A DNA stretch of 64,000 nucleotides, from contig JAAEZA010000018.1 of assembly GCA_018223125.1 (NCBI GenBank), forward strand, positions 2,505 through 66,504, in the 5' to 3' direction. A program made the translations under genes and the position numbers. Every line of letters starts with the position of its first letter. Position 1 is the stretch's first letter. Positions 1 to 7,256 of the stretch are shown here, piece after piece. The notes under the pieces are model-generated. The model saw only the letters and a list, made by a program, of their open reading frames with translations. It ran no database searches and had not been told where the DNA came from. This DNA is from Paracoccaceae bacterium (GTDB lineage: Bacteria > Pseudomonadota > Alphaproteobacteria > Rhodobacterales > Rhodobacteraceae).

Positions 1-775
1 CATCCGGTATCTTTTTGGCGTGCTGTTCATCCTGCCTTTTATGGGAACAACGTGGTTGCGCCAGTTGGACAGGCGGCTGGTGGGGGTTTTTGCCCTGCGG
101 GGATTTTGCCATGCGATTGGCGTGATCCTGTGGTTTTACGCTATGGCGCGTATTCCCATCGCCGAGGTCACGGCGATCGGGTATCTTGCCCCGATTTATA
201 TTGCGATCGGTGCTGCGGTCTTTCTGGGTGAGAAACTGGCCCTGCGGCGGATTGCGGCGATTGTCATCGCCTTTATCGGTGCGATGATTATCCTGCGTCC
301 GGGCATTCAGGAAATCAACTCCGGACAGATGGCGCAGGTCCTGTCCGCGCCGATGTTTGCGGTGTCCTATCTGGTGGCCAAGCGGCTGACCGCGCAGGCT
401 GGCCCGTCGCTGGTGGTGGGAATGCTGAGCGTGTTTGTGACCATCGGTATTGCACCCTTTGCATTCGCAGTCTGGAAGACACCCGCCCTGACAGAGGTAT
501 TCTGGCTTGCGCTGGTGGGGGCCTTGGCGACTACGGCCCATTTCACCATGACCAAAGCCCTTAAGGCAGCGCCTTTGGCCGTGACCCAGCCCGTCACATT
601 CCTGCAATTGATCTGGGCCACTATCTTGGGGCTGGTGGTCTTCGGGGAGGCGGTCGATGTTTTTGTGCTGCTGGGGGGTGGTTTGATCATCTGTTCCGTG
701 AGTTTCATTTCTTATCGGGAGTGGGTGCTGTCGCGGCGCGCGAAAACGCCCCCCGCAGCGGCTGTGAAAACCTGA
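1..775 (+). CDS. DMT/EamA-family transporter, 5'-truncated by window edge
   Basis: ORF 20..775 stays open in frame back to base 2. It is a multi-TM hydrophobic protein with an EamA-type segment (GYLAPIYIAIGAAVFLGEKL). The family is normally ~290 aa, so the true start lies upstream of the window. Confidence 0.8.
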   Translation, partial: IRYLFGVLFILPFMGTTWLRQLDRRLVGVFALRGFCHAIGVILWFYAMARIPIAEVTAIGYLAPIYIAIGAAVFLGEKLALRRIAAIVIAFIGAMIILRPGIQEINSGQMAQVLSAPMFAVSYLVAKRLTAQAGPSLVVGMLSVFVTIGIAPFAFAVWKTPALTEVFWLALVGALATTAHFTMTKALKAAPLAVTQPVTFLQLIWATILGLVVFGEAVDVFVLLGGGLIICSVSFISYREWVLSRRAKTPPAAAVKT

Positions 776-953
776 CGCATGGCGCGCGCTGTGGGGCAGG
801 GAGCCTCCGGCGGGGATATTTTCGGGCCAGAAGAAGCTTGTGTTGCGCGGTTTTGCCCGGCTTTCGGAAGCCATTGTCGAATGCGATTGACGGGTTTTCA
901 ATGCTCGGGCTAACGTCGCGGAAATATGCCGGTAAAGACTTTGAGGAGTGCCT

Positions 954-2342
954 ATGAAACGGATCGACAACCACTTGCCTACGGCTGATCTGCAACGGCT
1001 GGATGCGGCCCATCACATCCATCCTTTCACCCACGGTGCGGAACTGGCGCAAAAGGGCGCGCGGGTCATCACGCGGGCGGATGGTGTCATGCTGACCGAT
1101 AGCGACGGGGTTGAGATTCTGGACGGGATGGCTGGCCTGTGGTGTGTCAATCTGGGCTACGGGCGCAAGGAACTGGCTGAAGCTGCTGCTGCGCAAATGG
1201 AGCAACTGCCTTATTACAATACGTTTTTCCAGACGACCCATCCCCCGGTCGTGGCCCTGTCCGCGCGGATTGCCGAACTGGCGCCGGGTCATCTGAACCA
1301 TGTGTTCTTTGCAGGATCAGGTTCTGAAGCCAATGACACAAACATCCGGCTGGTACGCCAGTACTGGGCGTTGAAGGGCAAGCCGGAAAAGAAAACCATC
1401 ATCAGCCGCAAGAACGCCTATCACGGGTCTTCCATGGGCAGTGCCTCGCTTGGGGGGATGGCCGGAATGCATGCGCAGGGCGGGATGCCGATCCCTGACA
1501 TCACCCATATCGACCAGCCCTACTGGTACGGGGAAGGCGGGGATATGGACCCTGCGGAATTCGGTCTGGCCCGTGCCCGTGCGCTGGAGGCAGAGATTGA
1601 CCGGATCGGGGAGGACAAGGTCGCGGCTTTTATTGCCGAGCCGATCCAAGGGGCGGGCGCGGTGATTATTCCGCCGGAAACCTATTGGCCGGAAATCCAG
1701 CGGATCTGTGACGAGCGCAACATACTGCTGATCGCGGATGAGGTGATTTGCGGTTTCGGGCGGACCGGCAACTGGTTCGGATCCGAGACTTTGGGCATCC
1801 GTCCTGACATCATGACAATCGCCAAGGGTCTGTCGAGCGGCTACCAGCCGATTGGCGGTTCCATTCTGAGTGACGAAGTCGCCGAGGTGATCAGCTCGGA
1901 CGAATTCAACCACGGCTACACCTATTCCGGACATCCGGTGGCCTGTGCGGTGGCACTAGAGAATCTGCGGCTTCTGGAAGAGGAAAAGGTGATTGAACAT
2001 GTGCGCGATACCGCTGCGCCCTATCTTGCGCAAAAATGGCGTGAGATCAGCGATCACCCGATGGTCGGCGAGGCGCGTATTATCGGTATGATGGGGGCGC
2101 TTGAACTGTCTCCGGACAAGGCCAACCGTGCACCGTTCAAAGCGGAGAAGGGCACGGTCGGTTTGCGTTGTCGCGAACGCTGTTTCGCCAACGGTCTGGT
2201 GATGCGTCATGTGGGGGATACGATGATTATTTCACCGCCGCTGATCATGACGAAGGCCAATATAGACCTTCTGTTCGAGCGGGCGGTGAAATCTCTGGAT
2301 GAGACCCTGAAAGGTCTCAAGTCTGATGGTTTGTGGGCCTGA
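954..2342 (+). CDS. class-III PLP aminotransferase (omega-aminotransferase, putrescine/beta-alanine--pyruvate type)
   Basis: ORF 948..2342. ATG 954 is preceded by GAGGAG (943-948). Motifs seen: GLWCVNLGYGR, FFAGSGSEANDT, ADEVICGFGRTG, and the PLP-lysine context DIMTIAKGLSSGYQP. Confidence 0.85.
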   Translation: MKRIDNHLPTADLQRLDAAHHIHPFTHGAELAQKGARVITRADGVMLTDSDGVEILDGMAGLWCVNLGYGRKELAEAAAAQMEQLPYYNTFFQTTHPPVVALSARIAELAPGHLNHVFFAGSGSEANDTNIRLVRQYWALKGKPEKKTIISRKNAYHGSSMGSASLGGMAGMHAQGGMPIPDITHIDQPYWYGEGGDMDPAEFGLARARALEAEIDRIGEDKVAAFIAEPIQGAGAVIIPPETYWPEIQRICDERNILLIADEVICGFGRTGNWFGSETLGIRPDIMTIAKGLSSGYQPIGGSILSDEVAEVISSDEFNHGYTYSGHPVACAVALENLRLLEEEKVIEHVRDTAAPYLAQKWREISDHPMVGEARIIGMMGALELSPDKANRAPFKAEKGTVGLRCRERCFANGLVMRHVGDTMIISPPLIMTKANIDLLFERAVKSLDETLKGLKSDGLWA

Positions 2343-2352
2343 CGGCTTTGTT

Positions 2353-2583
2353 TTAAGGGACCAGTTTGTCACGGAAAACGTAAGAAACGATCTGGTCCCG
2401 CGAAATATTGAAGCGGCTGCGCAGGGTTTCGTCGTCCATGTCCTGCATCGCGTTGATGATCTCAACGCGGGAAGAGGCCAGTGTGATGTCCTCAAAGAAG
2501 CGCAGCACAGCGGAGCCGGCGGTTTGCAGGGCAGACCAGATAGCGGCGCCGAGTGTCGGTTTGGTGTCAGTGATATAAGCCAT
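2353..2583 (-). CDS. small DUF1127-like protein
   Basis: ORF 2353..2598. The likely start is MAYITD (ATG ending at 2583), downstream of AAGGAA. The C-terminal MDDETLRSRFNISRDQI resembles the DUF1127 L-x-D-x-G-I-S-R-x-x-I motif. The assignment is from memory only. Confidence 0.5.
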   Translation of the reverse strand: MAYITDTKPTLGAAIWSALQTAGSAVLRFFEDITLASSRVEIINAMQDMDDETLRSRFNISRDQIVSYVFRDKLVP

Positions 2584-2747
2584 TTTCATTCCTTTCACTC
2601 CGTGTCAGGAGCCTGTCATACTGTTGTGGCTTAAATGGAAGCTGGAAGGCATTTGGACAACGCACAATCAGTTAAAGCCGATATGTGCTTTTTGCATGGC
2701 TGTAGCGAATTTGCGTGTTCGCGAAGGTATTGCGTTGAGCCTGACGC

Positions 2748-3821
2748 ATGGATGCGGCATTGAGGGCGCAAAGGAGACAGGGCATGTTGGATGCGGGAAT
2801 TCGGGCTGTACTGGACGCTTTGGGCGTTGCAGTTTTTGTGGTGGACAGCAACCAGACCATAGTGTTTCGCAATGAATCCGCGGTCAGCCTGTTCGGGACA
2901 GGCACGAAGGGGCGCAAGCTGGCCCATTACGTGCCAAACAAGCGGTGCATCCGCGCGGTTGAGGATACAATCGACGAAGGCGGGCAGGCCAAAGTGGACG
3001 TGCGTCTGCAACTGGTTGTGCCAACGACATTTTCCATGACAGCCGTGCGGGTTGACCCCGACGCGAGCCGCACTGACGTGCTGGTGGTGGTCAGCTTCGA
3101 AGATGTCAGCCATATTCAGGAAGCCGAGCAGATGCGGTCTGATTTCGTGGCGAACGTCAGCCACGAATTGCGCTCTCCGTTGACGGCGCTCTATGGATTT
3201 ATCGAGACCCTTCAAGGGCCTGCCCGATCGGATCCGGAAGCATCCGACCGGTTTTTGTATCTTATGGAGAAAGAAGCAGCACGCATGGCGCGGCTGATTG
3301 ATGACCTTCTGTCTTTGTCGAAATTGCAGTCCGAAGAAAAATACGCGCCCACAACTGTTGTGAATTTACAGCCAATTCTGGACCGGTTGAGCGCATCGCT
3401 TGAACCGATACTGGATCGGGAAAAGACAACTGTAACACTGGATATTCCTGCCGATCTGCCCGAGGTGATAGGGGTTGCGGATGAGTTGACACAGGTGTTT
3501 GCAAACCTGATCGAAAACGCGGCAAAATATTCCCGCAACGGGGCGGTTGTGTCCATCGAGGCCTCTGTAGACAAGGTAGAGCCGGACATGGTGCGCGTAA
3601 CGGTCAGCGATCAGGGCGAAGGAATCGCACCGGAACATATCGCACGTCTGACAGAGCGGTTTTACCGGATCGACAAGGGACGCTCCCGTGACAAGGGGGG
3701 CACCGGATTGGGGTTGGCCATTGTGAAACACATCCTGATGCGCCACCGTGCGCGTTTGCAGATCGACAGCACTGTTGGTGTCGGCAGCCGGTTTTCCGTG
3801 ATTATCCCGCGGGCTATTTAA
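2748..3821 (+). CDS. soluble PAS-domain sensor histidine kinase (PhoR-like HisKA/HATPase core)
   Basis: The 357-aa ORF has no TM segment and a PAS-like N-terminus. Motifs seen: H-box SHELRSPLTAL, N-box NLIENAAKYS, and G-boxes DQGEGI and GGTGLGLAIVKH. No response regulator gene is adjacent. Confidence 0.85.
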   Translation: MDAALRAQRRQGMLDAGIRAVLDALGVAVFVVDSNQTIVFRNESAVSLFGTGTKGRKLAHYVPNKRCIRAVEDTIDEGGQAKVDVRLQLVVPTTFSMTAVRVDPDASRTDVLVVVSFEDVSHIQEAEQMRSDFVANVSHELRSPLTALYGFIETLQGPARSDPEASDRFLYLMEKEAARMARLIDDLLSLSKLQSEEKYAPTTVVNLQPILDRLSASLEPILDREKTTVTLDIPADLPEVIGVADELTQVFANLIENAAKYSRNGAVVSIEASVDKVEPDMVRVTVSDQGEGIAPEHIARLTERFYRIDKGRSRDKGGTGLGLAIVKHILMRHRARLQIDSTVGVGSRFSVIIPRAI

Positions 3822-3856
3822 CTCTGGGGACGGGGTGTGAATAATCCGTTAATAGG

Positions 3857-3896
3857 GAACCGGCAGACAACTTGTGTTTGACACAAATGCCGGTTC
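3857..3896 (+). terminator. compound hairpin downstream of the PAS kinase gene (possible terminator)
   Basis: GAACCGGCA (3857-3865) pairs with TGCCGGTTC (3888-3896). An inner TTGTGT/ACACAA stem lies within. The T-tract is weak, followed by AT-rich sequence. Confidence 0.35.
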
Positions 3897-3951
3897 TGCC
3901 GTCTGATATTTATAAACAATTACGGAATTCGTATTTAAGGGATGTATCGGA

Positions 3952-6042
3952 ATGGATTTCAGCTGGAGCACGCCGCAAGCAACATCTGTCGTGGACGGAT
4001 ACCGCGACTGGTTTGATCATGTGTACCAGCCCCCCGCCGGCGGTTCGCTTAGCTACCGGCCTTTGCTGGTGCGGGTCAGGCCGACGGGCCGGCCTGCAAC
4101 GCTGGGCAAGACGCTGCGTTGGCTGAAGCGCAAGCTTGATTCTGCGGGGCAGGGTGCGGATTTCCTGATGGACGGGGTGGAACGGGCCTATCTTGAACAT
4201 CTTCTGGACCATCCCCCGAGTGAAGGCGATGCACCGGACCTGTTCCTGCATGTGTCACGAACGCCTGACGGTTTCGCAGCGGATTACGGCAAATGGCTGC
4301 GACCGCTTCGGAATGGTGCCGCGCGCCCGCCGGTGCCTTCCACGCCTGCGCCTGCGGGCGGGGCGCCACGCCCTGCGCCGGTTGTGGCGGTGATTGATGA
4401 TGCCATCGGTTATCTGAACGCGCGGTTCACAACCAAAGCGGCGCATCAGCGTAACACGCGGCTGGCAGCCGTCTGGCTGCAGAGCGAAGACCAGATTACC
4501 GAAACCAACGGACAATACGCCATGTCCTGCGGTCGGGTTCTGAGTGCACAAGAGATTGATGCTGTTCTTGCGAAAGGAAGCAGGCTGGACGAGTCCGCAG
4601 AATACAGCGCGATGAACAAGGCGCTCTATGACCGGCAGATCAGTCCGGTCTGGCACGGCATCACGGCGGGGGGCGGATCCGAATTGGCCAGCACCCATGG
4701 CACAATCGTTACGGATATTGCAGCGGGTGCCGATCCGCAGGCGGAACCGGACGGGCTGGGGGACTGCCCGATGCTTGCTGTCCAACTGCCGCCGCAAGCG
4801 ATCGAGGATACGTCAGGTGCAAAATTGCAGCCCTATGTGGTCCGTGCCCTGCGCTGGATAATCTGGCAGGCGGACAGGTTGCAGGTGGAAGGCCAGCACC
4901 GCCCGCTGGTGGTGAATATCTCTCTTGGTGTGCTGGCAGGGTCAAAGGACGGCACCAGTCTGATCGAACGCCAGATCGCAGCCGAGATCTACCGGCGCGA
5001 GACCCGAACCGGCAGTCCGATGCGTGTGGTCTATGCTTTCGGGAATGACGGGTTGACGCGGCAGGTCGGGTCTGTCGATCTGGAGCCGGAGGAGCCGCAA
5101 TCCGTGACGTTGCGCGTACAGTCAGAGGATTACACGCCAAGCTTTGTGGAATTGCGCCCTGATGACATGGGGCAACTGACGCTCGGGATTGACAGCTTGC
5201 TGTCACAGCCGCTTGCGCTCGGAAGTATTCCGGCCGGTCACTGCGTTTCGCTGGCCCGCGGGTCTGCGCCTGCGGTTGCGCGTATCTATGCTATCGGGCC
5301 GCAGGATCTGGACGGCGGCGGGCAAACGGCGGGGTATTACCTGCTGGCGATTGCGCCGACGGCCTGTTTCGAAACGGGCAAACCGCTGGCGCCGAGCGGG
5401 CCGTGGCGGATAACGCTTGGCACCGGCGCACCGGCACAAACTGTTCGCTTGGAAGTCCAGCGGGACGACCGGCCCTTGGGATTTCAGGCGCTGGCGCGTC
5501 AGTCCTATCTGGATGATAGCGCGCTTTGGGTCTGGAAACCGCCGCAAAAAACCCCTTATGCCCCGAAGGCCGACGGGCCGGTCACGCGGATCGGCACGGA
5601 ATCGGGCTGGGTGTCAGCGGCTATGCCAGAGCAGGTTTACACTGTGGGGGCCGCTTTGTGTGATACCGGATTTGCAGCGCCTTATTCGGCGACGGGTAGC
5701 CCGTTGTCAGCAAGGGAACCGCGTGTTTCGGCGGTCGGGGACAGCAGTTGGACCCTGCGCGGTGTCCTGGCAAGCGGCACGCTGAGTGGCAGTGCAACAG
5801 TGATGTCGGGCACATCGGTCGCAGCGCCGCAGATCACGCGGCAACTGGCCTTGTTGTTTGCCAGCGGCGCGGATATCGGGCCGTGGAATCCGCCTGCGGT
5901 TAATGCAGAACGGGAAAAGACAGCCCTTGGCGCGCTCGACTGGTCCTTTGTGCCTGAGTACGAGCGGGATCAGCTTGGTCCGCTTGCGGTTTCTGCAGAA
6001 GTCGGGCTGCGGCCCCGTCTTGATGACGGGTACCGCCCTTGA
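3952..6042 (+). CDS. S8 (subtilisin-family) serine peptidase, no signal peptide, unknown N-terminal region and large internal insert
   Basis: ATG 3952 lies 9 nt after TAAGGGA. Catalytic motifs by my count: VVAVID(D149)DAIG, STH(H249)GTIVTDIAAG, YAFGN(N365)DG, MSGTS(S622)VAAPQI. A Pro-rich linker (ARPPVPSTPAPAGGAPRPAP) precedes the catalytic Asp. Confidence 0.8.
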   Translation: MDFSWSTPQATSVVDGYRDWFDHVYQPPAGGSLSYRPLLVRVRPTGRPATLGKTLRWLKRKLDSAGQGADFLMDGVERAYLEHLLDHPPSEGDAPDLFLHVSRTPDGFAADYGKWLRPLRNGAARPPVPSTPAPAGGAPRPAPVVAVIDDAIGYLNARFTTKAAHQRNTRLAAVWLQSEDQITETNGQYAMSCGRVLSAQEIDAVLAKGSRLDESAEYSAMNKALYDRQISPVWHGITAGGGSELASTHGTIVTDIAAGADPQAEPDGLGDCPMLAVQLPPQAIEDTSGAKLQPYVVRALRWIIWQADRLQVEGQHRPLVVNISLGVLAGSKDGTSLIERQIAAEIYRRETRTGSPMRVVYAFGNDGLTRQVGSVDLEPEEPQSVTLRVQSEDYTPSFVELRPDDMGQLTLGIDSLLSQPLALGSIPAGHCVSLARGSAPAVARIYAIGPQDLDGGGQTAGYYLLAIAPTACFETGKPLAPSGPWRITLGTGAPAQTVRLEVQRDDRPLGFQALARQSYLDDSALWVWKPPQKTPYAPKADGPVTRIGTESGWVSAAMPEQVYTVGAALCDTGFAAPYSATGSPLSAREPRVSAVGDSSWTLRGVLASGTLSGSATVMSGTSVAAPQITRQLALLFASGADIGPWNPPAVNAEREKTALGALDWSFVPEYERDQLGPLAVSAEVGLRPRLDDGYRP

Positions 6043-6065
6043 CCAACGGCCTGTGCTGTGCTGCT

Positions 6066-7178
6066 TCAGTTCCACTCCGCCGCTGCGGCATCCCAGAGTT
6101 TGGATAACAGATTTTCCCGTCCCGCGGTTGGCAGGGAAATCTCGGTGCGCGTGATGGTGGGATCATTGCTGCCGGGCATGGTTTCCCCCAGAAGCGACAG
6201 GTTGAAGTCTCCGCGAAATGCGCCGCCGTTGAACGCATAGGCGGATGTTTTGTCGGCCTGACTGCAATAATTTATAATGAATTCAGCAATGGCGATACCA
6301 AGGGTGGCACCGGCCACACTGTCCGTCGGGAAATGGACCCCTGCCACGGTGCGGTTCAGCGCGATGCGGGCTGACAGACGGTAGGCCGGCAACTGGTCTT
6401 GCACGCCCTGCACGGGGGATTGATAATCCGGATCGCTTAACCGTGCCATCAAGGTCGCGGCAGCGAAACTCTCGGTGGCGTGGCCGCTGGGCCATGCGGG
6501 ATGGTCCGGCGAGGCGATCATCGGCTGGACTTCCTGTGCAAAGGCGATGGGGCGGGGGCAGTCGAACAGTTGCTTCAGCCGCATCTCGCAGACCTGACAG
6601 GTCCGCTGCACCAGCGCCATCAGTTCAAGCGTCCATTTGTGGGTGTCGTTGGACAGATAACTGAGCGCACCGAAATAGGGGGTCAGATCACCGATCTGGG
6701 ACTGGATTTCCGCCTGACGGTCGAAGCGCAGGTCTGCTGCGGTGCGCAGGTAATAAAGCTGTTCCTCGAACTGGGGCAGGCCCGGGCGTGTCAGGGTAAC
6801 AATCGGGGTGCGGGTTGTGCCGTCCTGAAAGCTGACGCCTGCTTCGTTGTGGGTGACAGTGCTGTCGACCTGCAAAAGCCCCATTATTTCCGCAAGGATT
6901 GCTGCGGATCGGGGGTAGCTGCCCATCTTCTTGAAGGTCCGCCACTGCCGCGCGGCGCTGCTGCCGTTGCCGGTCTGATAGGACACCGTCCGCTTGGGGG
7001 TGCCGTCCCAGAACCGCTGTGTCCCGTCCCGTGTGGTGATCAGCCCCGTGCTCAGGTAAGGGGAGCCACCCTGTCCCTGTGGCCCTTGCGGTCCCTGAGG
7101 GCCTTGGGGCCCCTGTGGTGTCTGCGGGCCTTGGGGGCCCTGCGGACCTTGGGGCCCTTGTGGTGTATAGATCGCCAT
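6066..7178 (-). CDS. PAP2-superfamily (acid phosphatase / vanadium haloperoxidase-like) protein with N-terminal collagen-like G-P-Q repeats
   Basis: The 370-aa ORF carries three PAP2 motifs: K202-x6-R209-P210 (KQLFDCPRP), PSGH (230-233), and R276-x5-H282-x3-D286 (NRTVAGVHFPTD). The N-terminus is MAIYT(PQG)n. No signal peptide is visible. Confidence 0.8.
   Translation of the reverse strand: MAIYTPQGPQGPQGPQGPQTPQGPQGPQGPQGPQGQGGSPYLSTGLITTRDGTQRFWDGTPKRTVSYQTGNGSSAARQWRTFKKMGSYPRSAAILAEIMGLLQVDSTVTHNEAGVSFQDGTTRTPIVTLTRPGLPQFEEQLYYLRTAADLRFDRQAEIQSQIGDLTPYFGALSYLSNDTHKWTLELMALVQRTCQVCEMRLKQLFDCPRPIAFAQEVQPMIASPDHPAWPSGHATESFAAATLMARLSDPDYQSPVQGVQDQLPAYRLSARIALNRTVAGVHFPTDSVAGATLGIAIAEFIINYCSQADKTSAYAFNGGAFRGDFNLSLLGETMPGSNDPTITRTEISLPTAGRENLLSKLWDAAAAEWN
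7065..7163 (-). repeat. imperfect 9-bp tandem repeats encoding collagen-like Gly-Pro-Gln triplets
   Basis: Minus strand reads cca caa ggg ccc caa ggt ccg cag ggc and so on. This encodes PQGPQGPQGPQGPQTPQGPQGPQGPQGPQGQGG. The units differ at synonymous positions. Confidence 0.9.
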
Positions 7179-7256
7179 AAACCAAACTCCTTAAATCAAT
7201 TGCTTTATTGAATGAATTGACAGGTATTATGTCAAATCATCGCTGCAAACTGCCGC

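Noticed and set aside
7065-7163. Short tandem DNA repeats considered as a CRISPR-like or VNTR array
   Set aside because: The units are 9 bp with no spacers and lie in frame within a long ORF, encoding Gly-Pro-Gln triplets. It is a coding collagen-like repeat, not a CRISPR array.
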